Source: Candidatus Poribacteria bacterium | Lineage (GTDB): Bacteria; Poribacteria; WGA-4E; WGA-3G | Length of the DNA stretch: 64,000 nt | Reading direction: 5' to 3' | Assembly: GCA_965242965.1 (NCBI GenBank) | Contig: OZ251518.1 | Coordinates: 512,001 to 576,000 of the forward strand | Shown here: positions 21,320 through 31,485 of the stretch, in pieces | How the letters are laid out: each line of letters begins with the position of its first letter | Numbering within the stretch: position 1 is the stretch's first letter | Position numbers and translations under genes: made by a program | The notes under the pieces: generated by a model | What the model was told of the DNA's origin: nothing | Database searches by the model: none | The model's input: only the letters and a program-made list of their open reading frames with translations

Positions 21320-23130
21320 GTGAAAACCGACAAAACCCCGAAAACGACACCCGCTCCAAACGAGGAGCGGCTCCGACAACTCAAGCAACTCTTCCCTGAA
21401 TGCCTCACCGAAGGCGAAGTGGACATGGAGAAACTTGCGAATATACTGCAGGTTTGTGAAGGGGGGGGGTAAACCAAAAGGATAGGTATCACTTCAATTG
21501 GGCAGGCAAGCGCGATGCCATCCGCCTACTCAATGTCCCCACCGAGGCTACTCTTATCCCATGCCGAGAGGAGTCGCTCCATTTTGACAGCACCTCAAAC
21601 CTCTTCATTGAGGGTGATAACCTAGAGGTGCTGAAACTCCTCTACAAACCCTATTTCGGACGCGTGAAGGCGATTTACATCGATCCGCCTTACAACACCG
21701 GCAACGACTTCGTCTATCCCGATAACTACGCGAAGCCGTTGGATACCTATCTCCAATTGTCGGGTCAAATCGATGCCGCTGGCAATCTGCAGACGAGCAA
21801 TCCGGAGAGTGGTGGCCGTTACCACTCGGCATGGTTATCGATGATGTATCCACGCCTTTTCCTTGCGCGGCAGTTGCTCACGGATGATGGCCTCATCTTC
21901 GTTAGTATCGATGACCGCGAGGTGCATGATCTTCGCTTCATGTTAAATGAGATTTTTGGCGAGGAAAATTTTATGCAACAACTCGTATGGCAACGACATG
22001 CTGGCGGCCGTAGTGATGTCAAGCATTTTGCAACAGACCACGAGTATATCCTCACGTATGCTAAAAATCTCCAGTCCATCGGTAAGTTGAGGCGGCCGTT
22101 AACCGAGGAGGAGAAAGCGGACTACACGGAAAAAGACGAGTATTATGGGACTCTCGGGCCCTATAAAACTCGCGGATTTCAAGCACAGCGTCAACATGGT
22201 GGGCATCTCTACGAGATCGAATGTCCCGACGGATCAGTGGTTTTGAAGCATTGGCGATGGCAGCAATCGCGTTTTCTGCAAGCGAAACAGGAAAACAAAA
22301 TCGCTTTCAAGCAGAACCAAAACGGGACATGGCGGGTTGAATATAAACTCTACCAGAATGAGGCTGCAAGGGTTCTGCGGAGTTTGTTGACAGATGTGGA
22401 ACGAAATAGCCATGCCCGCGCGCAGCTTCGGCGAATTTTCAAAGCAGATGATATTTTTGATTATCCAAAGCCGGTGGGTTTAATCAAACACCTCCTGCAG
22501 TTCAGCACTGACGCAGATTCCATCGTTTTGGATTTCTTCGCGGGCTCCTGCCCAACGGCGCAGGCGGTTCTAGAACTCAATCAGGAAGATGGCGGCAACC
22601 GACAGTTTATCGTCGTGCAACTCCCTGAACTGACACCGGAAAAATCGGAGGCGCGCAAGGCAGGATTTGAGACGATTGCCGAGATTGGCAAAGAACGGAT
22701 CCGCCGCGTGTGTTTGCAGGAAAACACGGGTTTTCGCGTCTTCAAACTTGCCGAGTCCAACTATCGGACAGAAGACGATGTCCGCACCGAGGATGTGCAA
22801 ACTTACATCGCGCAGTTGGAAAGCACTATCGATGCGCTTCGGGACGGATGGCGCGAAGAGGATGTCCTTTATGAAGTTGCGCTTAAAGAGGGATATCCAC
22901 TGGACAGCGAGATTGAACGCGTTACGGGCCTGGAGACGAATACGGTTTTTCAGATTGCCGCGCCCGATGGTTCGCAGATGTTCCACGTCTGTTTGGATGC
23001 GGAACTTGCGCCGAGAGATATAGAGCGTCTAGGGTTGTCAAAGGATTCCGTGTTTATCTGCCGGGATGTTGCGTTAACGGATACGCTTGCAGCGAACTTG
23101 GCATTGCAGTGTCGCCTTAAGACTCTCTGA
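21320..23130 (+). pseudogene. mod: Type III R-M methyltransferase Mod, frameshifted at a G9 tract (21461-21469)
   Basis: 5' part ..RLRQLKQLFPECLTEGEVD..KL stops at 21470. The other frame continues RYHFNWAGK..NLFIEGDNLEVLKLL..IYIDPPY..DFFAGS. Confidence 0.88.
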
Positions 23131-23199
23131 TACCAAACCGTGATGGGCAAACTCAGGTGCTCTTGCCCACGGGTGTCGCCAAAATGGGCCGTTTTAATC

Positions 23200-23726
23200 C
23201 CGACATGGCGAGGGACAGGCCCTCGCCCTACGGTGAAGGGAACTGTTTTTTACCGTAGCGCGGGGGCCTGTCCCCCGCGATCTCTATCGTCAAGAGTCGC
23301 GTTTTAGGTCCTTTAGGTCCTACATGTCTATAGCAACACGTGTCGGCCCGTTGTCAAGGTCCTTTAGGTCCTTAATAAGAAACGCGCGGCCCCGGCAAAA
23401 TCTATTAAGGTCCTACAGACCTTAGGGTTCTTCGCGGGCGCGCATGCTATAGACATTAAGGTCCTACGGACCTAAGAGACGTTTTTTTCGTAGTGCGGGG
23501 GCCTGTCCCCCGCGACGTTGTGCGATTTATGAAACACCCTCAATTAGATAAGGCGTGCCTGATCTTGACCCGTTCGGGATCGGGCGATCCCGAACTACAG
23601 AGTTATGAAACACCCTCGTTTTAATGCTGATTCAGACATCCGACATGGCGAGGGACAGGCACTCGCACTACGATACAACGAGGAAAGGCGAGGGACAGGC
23701 CCTCGCCCTACGATACAACGAGGAAA
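23200..23726. repeat. REP mosaic between mod and res, with two right-hand TIR copies
   Basis: TTATGAAACACCCTC at 23527-23541 and 23603-23617; GGTCCTTTAGG.CC module; 40-bp tandem duplication ending in the res RBS. Confidence 0.8.
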
Positions 23727-23727
23727 A

Positions 23728-26379
23728 ATGCAATTTGAATTTGATGCCAATCAGGCATATCAACGCGATGCTATCGATGCCGTGGTCAAACTGTTTGAAG
23801 GACAAAGCCGCGTGCAGGCGAATCTTGAATTCAGTGGGGATACCAACTTCGCCGCTGTTCCGAATCGGCTGGACCTGGGCGATGACCAGGTTCATCGTAA
23901 CCTCGCGCAGGTTATAGTGGATAATCGCGCCCGGGATGCAGATAATCAAGACCGGGAGGGCTCTCCTATTGGGTTTCCGAACTTTTCTGTGGAGATGGAA
24001 ACCGGCACTGGGAAAACCTACATTTATCTGCGCACTGCGCTGGAGCTCTATCAGCAGTATGGGATGCGGAAGTTCATCGTCGTTGTGCCTTCGGTAGCGA
24101 TTCGGGAAGGCGTGCTGAAAACCCTCCAGATGACAGAAGCGCATTTCAAAAACCTGTATCAGAATTTGCCTTATCGCTACTGCGTTTACGACTCCGCGAA
24201 TCTCTCCCAAGTCCGGCAATTTGCGTTGTCGGGAAGCGTGGAGATTATGGTGATGACGCTTGCTTCGTTCAACAAGGCATCCAACGTCATTCGTCAAAGC
24301 ACGGACAGGTTGCAAGGGGAAACGCCGATTCATCTCATCCAAGCGGCGCGCCCGATACTCATCCTTGACGAACCGCAACGGATGGAAAGCGACTTGAGTG
24401 TTGAGTCCCTCTCGTCCTTATCTCCGCTGTTCGCCTTGCGGTATAGTGCTACGCATCGGAACGCTTACAACCTCGTCTATCAATTAACGCCTTACGATGC
24501 GTATCGCGAAGGGTTGGTGAAGCAGATAGAGGTGGCGGGTTTTGAGGAGCGCGCGGGCATGAGTCGCGCCTTTGTTGAGGTGAAAAGCCTTCGTAGCCAA
24601 AGGCACCGCGTGACAGCGAAACTCGCCGTGCATAAACTGCAGAAGAGCGGCGCGGTAAAACTTACCACGCTGACTGTCAGGGCCGGTGACGATCTGGCGA
24701 TGAAAACCAATCTGCCGATGTATGAAGGGTATCGCGTCAAGGAAATCGACTTGCGGTGGGAACATGTCAGTTTTGAAAACGGCGTGGAGATGAAGGTAGG
24801 CGAGTCGCGCGGTGCAGACAAAACGGCGATGTTTGAAGCGCAAATCCGCTATACGATAGAGGAACATTTTCGGAAACAGGCGCGCCTCAAGCCGCACGGT
24901 ATCAAGGTGTTGTCTCTCTTTTTCATCGATAAGGTCAGCAATTACGCCGACGATGATGGCGTTATTCGCAAGTTGTTTGACAAATGTTTCAACGAGTTGA
25001 AGCAGGAAGCGCGATATACGGAGTGGCGAGACAAACGCGCGGCGGATGTGCAAGCCGCCTATTTTGCTCAAAGCAAGAAGGGTGGCAAGGCTGTCTACGA
25101 AGACAGCAAAACAGGGGAGGCGCAGCGCGATGCGGAGGCGTATCAACTCATCATGAGGGACAAGGAGCGGCTGTTGTCCTTTGCCGAACCGACGTGCTTC
25201 ATTTTTTCGCATTCTGCGCTTCGCGAGGGGTGGGATAGTCCGAACGTTTTCCAGATCTGCACGCTTAACCAGACTGCCTCGGAGATGAAGAAACGGCAGG
25301 AGATCGGGCGCGGCGTGCGCCTCGCTGTTAATCAGGATGGGAAACGCGTGCATGATGGACAGCTCAACCTGCTCACCGTGATTGCCAACGATAGTTACGC
25401 CAATTACGTCAGGGAATTGCAAACCGAAGTGACGGAGGAATTCGGGGGTGCGGCGAGCACGCCGAGACCACGGAATGCGCGGGAACGTGGTGTTGCGCGG
25501 CCGAACAAAGAGATGATGCTCACGCCGGAGTTCAAGGAACTCTGGGAACGGATAAAGCACAAAACGCGATATAAGGTGGCGGTTGACACCGAGACGCTCA
25601 TCTCCGAGGTAGTGGCGGCATTGGATAATGCCGAGATCGAACTCCCCCAACTTAGCATCGGCAGGGGGCGCGTGGTGGCAGATGAAGAGGATAACTTCTC
25701 CGTTCAGCACATGGGGGAGGGAAGTTTTACGTATCAGATGTCTGGGAGTGCAAACGTCGTCGGTTACATGGAGCATCGGTTGGCACATACGACACCGGCG
25801 ATGAGATTGACGCGGCGCACCTTGCTGCAGATTCTGAAACGCACCCGAAATCAGCAGACAGCGATAGACAACCCTTCTGAATTTGCCAAAGTTGCGGTTG
25901 GGTTTATCAGGGAGAAGATGACGCAGCAGCTTATTGACGGAATAAAATATGAGCCGATCGGCGAGGCTTATGAAATGCGGCTGCTGGATTGCGAACTGGA
26001 GAGTTGGAAGGACTGCATGGTGCCTGCTTCGCGTTCTGTCTATGATGCGGTGATATACGACTCGGAGGTTGAACGCGCATTCGTTGAGGCGTTAGAGCAG
26101 CGCGCGGATATCCGGTGCTATCTGAAGTTGCCCGCCTTTTTCGCCGTGCCGACACCGATTGGCGACTATAACCCGGATTGGGCAATTGTGAAGGAGGTGC
26201 GCGATGCGTTCGGTGTTCCTACCGGCGAGAAACTTTATTTGGTGCGCGAGACGAAGGGGACGGCTGATGCATCGCAACTTCGTCCGAGTGAAGCGCAGAA
26301 GATTCGGTGTGGTGAACGTCATTTCTGGGACGCGCTTGATGTGGATTATTGCGTCGTCACTTCTGCAGATGAGGTTTAA
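23728..26379 (+). CDS. res: Type III R-M restriction subunit Res
   Basis: METGTGKT, ILDEPQ, RYSATH, LREGWD.PNVF, QEIGRG.RL, C-terminal YNPDW..ETK nuclease motif. Confidence 0.95.
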   Translation: MQFEFDANQAYQRDAIDAVVKLFEGQSRVQANLEFSGDTNFAAVPNRLDLGDDQVHRNLAQVIVDNRARDADNQDREGSPIGFPNFSVEMETGTGKTYIYLRTALELYQQYGMRKFIVVVPSVAIREGVLKTLQMTEAHFKNLYQNLPYRYCVYDSANLSQVRQFALSGSVEIMVMTLASFNKASNVIRQSTDRLQGETPIHLIQAARPILILDEPQRMESDLSVESLSSLSPLFALRYSATHRNAYNLVYQLTPYDAYREGLVKQIEVAGFEERAGMSRAFVEVKSLRSQRHRVTAKLAVHKLQKSGAVKLTTLTVRAGDDLAMKTNLPMYEGYRVKEIDLRWEHVSFENGVEMKVGESRGADKTAMFEAQIRYTIEEHFRKQARLKPHGIKVLSLFFIDKVSNYADDDGVIRKLFDKCFNELKQEARYTEWRDKRAADVQAAYFAQSKKGGKAVYEDSKTGEAQRDAEAYQLIMRDKERLLSFAEPTCFIFSHSALREGWDSPNVFQICTLNQTASEMKKRQEIGRGVRLAVNQDGKRVHDGQLNLLTVIANDSYANYVRELQTEVTEEFGGAASTPRPRNARERGVARPNKEMMLTPEFKELWERIKHKTRYKVAVDTETLISEVVAALDNAEIELPQLSIGRGRVVADEEDNFSVQHMGEGSFTYQMSGSANVVGYMEHRLAHTTPAMRLTRRTLLQILKRTRNQQTAIDNPSEFAKVAVGFIREKMTQQLIDGIKYEPIGEAYEMRLLDCELESWKDCMVPASRSVYDAVIYDSEVERAFVEALEQRADIRCYLKLPAFFAVPTPIGDYNPDWAIVKEVRDAFGVPTGEKLYLVRETKGTADASQLRPSEAQKIRCGERHFWDALDVDYCVVTSADEV

Positions 26380-26419
26380 GCGATGCTGTCCCTAGGTTCT
26401 TCAATGGAGAGCATGTCTG

Positions 26420-27167
26420 CGGAACGGGAAACGGCTTTGGTTGGCGTGCGTTTTTCGCGCAGATCGGGCGATCGCGGGGGAAAAACGTGCCGCTGACCGT
26501 AGGGCGAGGGCCTGTCCCTCGCCGTGCCTCGATCGGGAGGGAAATGGCCTGGGTCTGCGTGCAGTTTTTGCGCAGGTCGGGCGATCGCGGGGGACAGGCC
26601 CCCGCGCTACGGGCCCGGAAGGGTTCTCCTCAAGGTCCGTAGGACCTTAATGTCTATAGCACGCGCCGATGCAATATCCCTCAAGGTCCTTTAGGACCTT
26701 AATGTTTTCTGCCGCAGATTAAGGACCTAAAGGACTTTAGGGCTTTTTTTTGGTCGGGTTTCTATAGCTATGCAGGACCTAAAGGACCTGAAGAGACGTT
26801 TTTTTACGGGTGCGCTCGCGGGGGACAGGCCCCCGCGCTACGGTAGATGAGGAGGCCTCGCTATTGACCCGTTCGGGATCAGGCACTCCCGAACTACAGT
26901 CTCCGGGCCATATAATCTTGCTAATTCGTGATAATCGTGTAAATCCTGCTCATCTCTGAGGCACGCGGGCGAACGCGAGGGCCTGTCTCCCGCGCCGGGG
27001 GGTTGGGTTCTGTGTGGCAAAAAAAATTCTGCTAGCAAAGAAAACAGCAATGTGATATACTGGTTCATGTCAGGAAACTTCATGGGGTATCTCCTAAAAT
27101 GTTTTTAGTTCTTCATGCTAGGATCCCCCATCTCCTGACATTTTACAACCATTTATGAAACACCCTC
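26420..27167. repeat. REP mosaic ending in a right-hand TIR
   Basis: Several GGGACAGGCCC palindromes, a reversed GGTCC..GGACC module, TTATGAAACACCCTC at 27153-27167. Confidence 0.75.
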
Positions 27168-27199
27168 GTATAATTCGTATTTCCAAAATGGAGGAAGAA

Positions 27200-28126
27200 A
27201 TGGCAAGAAAAAAAATTAGTGTCATCGGCGCGGGGAATGTTGGCGCAACAGCAGCGTTCCTCATCGCGCAAAAACAACTCGCCGATGTCGTGATGATCGA
27301 CATCATTGACGGAGTCCCGCAAGGTAAGGCTCTTGATATGGCGCAGATGTCCCCCGTGGAGATGTTTGATGCCGCCATTGATGGAAGCCTTGATTACGCT
27401 GCTACTGCTGGCTCCGATTTAGTCATTATCACATCCGGTTCCCCGCGCAAACCGGGAATGACGCGCGAGGATCTGTTGCAAACCAACGCCAACATCGTCG
27501 GCAGCGTCACGGAAAGCGTCGTCAAGCATTCACCCGATTGCATCCTTATGATGCTTACCAACCCATTAGACATCATGACGTATCACGCATGGAAGGTCTC
27601 GGGGTTTCCCTCACACCGAGTTGTCGGGCAGGCAGGCGTGCTGGATTCGGCACGGTTCCGTTATTTCATATCGCTGGAGTTGGGGGTATCCGTGGAAGAC
27701 ATTCACGCGCTCGTCCTCGGCGGACACGGAGACACGATGGTGCCGCTGCCGCGCTATACCACCGTTAACGGCATCCCTATTCCGCAACTCATCCCGCAAG
27801 AACGGATTGAGGCGATGGCACAGCGCACCCGCGATGGCGGTGCCGAAGTCGTGAACCTCCTCAAGACGAGCGGGTATTACGCCGCCGGTGCGTCGTTAGC
27901 ACAAATGGCGGAGGCGATTGTTCTGGACAAAAAACGGCTGCTCCCGTGTTCTGCGCATCTTACCGGACAGTATGGCATCGATGACCTGTATATCGGGGTG
28001 CCGATTAAACTCGGTGCAAACGGGGTTGAGCAGATTGTCGAAATCGAATTAACGAGTGATGAACTCGCGTCCTTACAGCACTCCGCGCAAACCTATCGGG
28101 AAGGGATTGCGCTGCTCGGCTACTAA
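27200..28126 (+). CDS. mdh: Malate dehydrogenase (LDH-like)
   Basis: IGAGNVG, GKALD, PRKPGMTREDL, LDSARF, LGGHGD. Confidence 0.96.
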   Translation: MARKKISVIGAGNVGATAAFLIAQKQLADVVMIDIIDGVPQGKALDMAQMSPVEMFDAAIDGSLDYAATAGSDLVIITSGSPRKPGMTREDLLQTNANIVGSVTESVVKHSPDCILMMLTNPLDIMTYHAWKVSGFPSHRVVGQAGVLDSARFRYFISLELGVSVEDIHALVLGGHGDTMVPLPRYTTVNGIPIPQLIPQERIEAMAQRTRDGGAEVVNLLKTSGYYAAGASLAQMAEAIVLDKKRLLPCSAHLTGQYGIDDLYIGVPIKLGANGVEQIVEIELTSDELASLQHSAQTYREGIALLGY

Positions 28127-28162
28127 CGCGCCTCCAAATTTCATTTGGAAGGAGAATAACTT

Positions 28163-29377
28163 TTGCGAAATTTGCTTAACGGCAAGGTTCTTCTTGCCTT
28201 ATTAATTCTTGCGATGTGCTTGAGTTTTACCTCAACGAGTCATGGTCTGTCCTTCGTTTCCGTAGAACCAGATCAGACTGAATCACCGCGAATCGGAGGC
28301 GAACTGAGTTTCAGCATCCAGATAGTCGGTGGACTAGGTGTCGCAGGCTATCAGTTGACTGTAGAGTTCGATCCGACAGCGTTGCGTTATGTTGGAGGTA
28401 GTTACGCGGATTATCTTCCCGCTGGGGCACTTGCAGTACCAGTGAGTGCGACTGATAACAGCGTTTCGTTTACCGCAACTTCCGTGGTAGGAGAAGCTGT
28501 AGCCAGCGTCGGCACACTTGCGGTAGTCACTTTTGAGGTAATTGATCCAAAACCGTCTGCGATTCGGTTGATGGATGTTGTCCTCTCCGATATTAACGGC
28601 ATGCCGTTGGAAGTCATAACTTCCAATGGCACAATTGTTGAACCCAGGGCGTTATCCTGGGATGTCAATCAGGATGGAATAGTCAACATCCTAGATTTAA
28701 CGCTAGTAGCAGGCAATCTCGGGGCAGTTGTTCCAACGAACCCACGCGCGGATGCCAATGGTGATGGAACCGTTAATGTGTTAGATCTGGTGCTCGTTGC
28801 CTCAAACTTGGGCGCAGTAGTGGAGGAACGAACTGCGCCAGCAGCTTTGGTTTCGGCGCATCCTGCAAACGGTGCCAGAATCGCTGCAAACGCGTCTGTC
28901 ACTGTCGTCTTTGACAATGCGCCTGCTAATCTTTCTGTGAGTGTGGGGAGTGTTACTGTAGCCGGTAAAACTGCCACAATCGCAGGCCCTTTCGCGCCGG
29001 GGCTGCTTGCTTTCACCCTCACGTGGGATGATGGGACACAAACCCTGAACTACATTGTGACGGTGCCGGATAACACCCCGCCGACAGTTACGGGAGGCAC
29101 AGTAAGTGATGGCGACAAGGATGTCGATTCTGAAGCCATTAACTTTGACGCGAAGATTGAGATTACCTTCAGCGAGGATGTGACAGGAAGTATCGCGCTG
29201 CAGACCGAGGGTGGCGACGATGTCGGTTGGCTTGGCAAAATCGAAGGCACCACAGGCACCTTGGAACTCGTCAAAGGCAATGAAATTGAAAACGATACTA
29301 TCTACGTCATCGTAGGAAAAGTTTCAGATAGTGCCGGTAATTCTCTTGATGTCAATATCGCCTTCGTCACTCAATAA
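28163..29377 (+). CDS. Secreted cohesin + dockerin-like + Ig-like domain protein
   Basis: Signal peptide; GYQLTVEFDPTAL (cohesin-like); two EF-hand-like DVNQDGIVNILDL / DANGDGTVNVLDL motifs; DNTPPTV..IEITFSE Ig-like domain. Confidence 0.82.
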   Translation: MRNLLNGKVLLALLILAMCLSFTSTSHGLSFVSVEPDQTESPRIGGELSFSIQIVGGLGVAGYQLTVEFDPTALRYVGGSYADYLPAGALAVPVSATDNSVSFTATSVVGEAVASVGTLAVVTFEVIDPKPSAIRLMDVVLSDINGMPLEVITSNGTIVEPRALSWDVNQDGIVNILDLTLVAGNLGAVVPTNPRADANGDGTVNVLDLVLVASNLGAVVEERTAPAALVSAHPANGARIAANASVTVVFDNAPANLSVSVGSVTVAGKTATIAGPFAPGLLAFTLTWDDGTQTLNYIVTVPDNTPPTVTGGTVSDGDKDVDSEAINFDAKIEITFSEDVTGSIALQTEGGDDVGWLGKIEGTTGTLELVKGNEIENDTIYVIVGKVSDSAGNSLDVNIAFVTQ

Positions 29378-29451
29378 ATTTCGGTTCTGCAGAGGATAGC
29401 GTGTGTGAGGTATATCACCTCGCACACGCTTCAAACCCAACGAGCATGGCC

Positions 29452-30057
29452 CTATGCCTTTTGCTCCACCATGTTGACGAGGATACCGAGGATTCTATCG
29501 CACCGTTCGATCGGGTAGGTTGCCATATCAATATGCAGGCACTTTCCCTCCAATTTCAGGAATAGCCATTCTGTGCCAGTTGTGGAAACTCCGTAAACGC
29601 GAGGGATATCATTGCCTTTTTCAGCGTTAAAGCGTTGGGCGGCGAGCATTTCCGCAACACATTGCCCAAGCCCCAGTTTCAAGTCAAGATTTTTCGCCTC
29701 AACGAGGACGATGACAGGGGCCGCCAAATCAAGCTGGTCTGGCGATAGACTCACTAAAAAATCGCAAACGCCTGTCAAGCCGCATCCCGGGTCAACGCTA
29801 AAATCAATGCCGGAAAAGAAACTAATCCGGTAATTGAAATGCTCAAGGAGTTCAACAAGCACATCGGCGACAATCAGTTCCGACCGGGCTTTCTCCGTGC
29901 CGATAGCGGTGGCTAACGATACCTTTTTCGCCAAGCCTGTGGTGAGATACGCGCTGGGTTCCACAGGCTCTATTTCAGAAAAGAGGCCAGTAGACAGAAC
30001 CTTTTTGAGTTGGAACGTTTTCTGCGCTTCTGCTAGGGTGAAATTGCTATAAGCCAT
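29452..30057 (-). CDS. Hypothetical PD-(D/E)xK-like (HsdR N-terminal-like) protein, paralog A
   Basis: MAYSNFTL, EKARSE, CDF..VEAK, GQC.AEM.AAQ.FN, VYG..TTG..W.F. Confidence 0.8.
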   Translation of the reverse strand: MAYSNFTLAEAQKTFQLKKVLSTGLFSEIEPVEPSAYLTTGLAKKVSLATAIGTEKARSELIVADVLVELLEHFNYRISFFSGIDFSVDPGCGLTGVCDFLVSLSPDQLDLAAPVIVLVEAKNLDLKLGLGQCVAEMLAAQRFNAEKGNDIPRVYGVSTTGTEWLFLKLEGKCLHIDMATYPIERCDRILGILVNMVEQKA

Positions 30058-30086
30058 TGATCAAACCTCTTGTGTAGGGAATCGTC

Positions 30087-30692
30087 TCATGCCTTTTGCT
30101 CCACCATGCTGACGAGGATGCCGAGGATTCTGTCACACTGCGCAATTGTGTAGTCTGTTCGATCAAGGTGCAAACGCTGTCTGTCCAATTTGAGGAATTG
30201 CCAGACAGTCCCTGAAGTGGTCGTCCCATAAACACAAGGGATGTCATTACCCCTTTCCGCGTTAAAGCGTTGTGCTGCCACCATCTCGGCGACACACTGC
30301 CCGAAACCGCCTGTCAAATCGTCTTTTTTCGCTTCAACCAAGGCGATGATAGGTGCCTCTAAAAATGCTTGTGTTGGCGACAGACTCACCAGAAAATCGC
30401 ATACACCGCGCAAATCGTTATCGGCATCAACATCGAATTCAATGCCGGAGAAAAGGCTGATGCGCCGGTTAAAGTGCTCGCGGAGTTCAATGAGAATGTT
30501 GGCAACAATCATTTCTGATTTTGCCTTCTCCGTGTTGATGGCGGCGGCTAATTCCACATTTCTCTCCAGCGTCGTGGTGAGATGTGCACTGGGATGCACC
30601 CCCGCTGTGGTAGAAAAGAGCCCGGTGGATTCAACGATTTCAAGTTGAAAATTTTTCTGGACTGCTTCCAAGGTGAAGTTGCTATACGCCAT
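30087..30692 (-). CDS. Hypothetical PD-(D/E)xK-like protein, paralog B
   Basis: Same motifs, 201 aa. Confidence 0.8.
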   Translation of the reverse strand: MAYSNFTLEAVQKNFQLEIVESTGLFSTTAGVHPSAHLTTTLERNVELAAAINTEKAKSEMIVANILIELREHFNRRISLFSGIEFDVDADNDLRGVCDFLVSLSPTQAFLEAPIIALVEAKKDDLTGGFGQCVAEMVAAQRFNAERGNDIPCVYGTTTSGTVWQFLKLDRQRLHLDRTDYTIAQCDRILGILVSMVEQKA

Positions 30693-30782
30693 AACCGCAC
30701 CTCTTTTGTAGTGAGCCGCAATTCTATTTGCGCCTTATTGCCTCATGGCACACGAGCCCAAACTACTCAGGGTAATTTAGTC

Positions 30783-31388
30783 TCATGCCTTTTGCTCCAC
30801 CATGTTGACGAGGATACCAAGGATCCTATCGCACCGTTCGATCGTGTAGATTGCCATATCAAGGTGGAGCTGCTTGTCCTCTAGTTTGAGGAATTGCCAA
30901 TTGGTGCCTGTCGTCGTTGCACCATAAACAGCCCGGATATCATTCCCTTGTTCGGCATTAAAGCGTTGTGCGGCGAGCATCTCAGCGACACACTGCCCGA
31001 GCCCCAGTTTCAAGTCAAGATTTTTTGCCTCAACGAGGACGATGACAGGGGCCTCCAAATTGAGTTGGTCTGGCGACAGACTCACTAAAAAGTCGCACAC
31101 CCCAACTAAGCCATCCTTGGCATCGACGTTGAATTCAATGCCAGAAAACAGGCTAACACGCTCCTCAAAGTGTTCTCGAAGTTCAAACAGGATATCGGCG
31201 ACAATCAGTTCCGACCGGGCTTTCTCCGTGCCGATAGCGGCGGCTAACGCCGCCTTTTTCGCCAAGCCTGTGGTGAGATACGCGCTGGGTTCCACAGGCT
31301 CTATTTGAGAAAAGAGGCCAGTAGACAGAACCTTTTCAAGTTGGAACGTTTTCTGCGCTTCGATTAGCGTAAAGTTGCTATAAGCCAT
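30783..31388 (-). CDS. Hypothetical PD-(D/E)xK-like protein, paralog C
   Basis: Same motifs; true start MAYSNF at 31388 after a GAGG RBS. Confidence 0.8.
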   Translation of the reverse strand: MAYSNFTLIEAQKTFQLEKVLSTGLFSQIEPVEPSAYLTTGLAKKAALAAAIGTEKARSELIVADILFELREHFEERVSLFSGIEFNVDAKDGLVGVCDFLVSLSPDQLNLEAPVIVLVEAKNLDLKLGLGQCVAEMLAAQRFNAEQGNDIRAVYGATTTGTNWQFLKLEDKQLHLDMAIYTIERCDRILGILVNMVEQKA

Positions 31389-31485
31389 TGATATAGCCTC
31401 CTCTGCAATGTTCTCAAGGCAAAATCTAACGCGAGTGCTGTCGGGCGAGGATTTGTGCGAATCCTCGCCCAGTTGAAATGGCACG

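Noticed and set aside
24484-25788. Long antisense ORFs (434 aa here; also 13245-14117 and 31630-32511)
   Set aside because: Shadow frames opposite well-supported genes in GC-rich coding DNA.
10436-27200. MKHP- N-terminal extensions on TolB copy 2, Res and Mdh
   Set aside because: The ATG comes from the TIR (ATGAAACACCC). Better RBS-linked starts lie downstream, and the frame match fails at 13160 and 52335, so it is consistent with chance.
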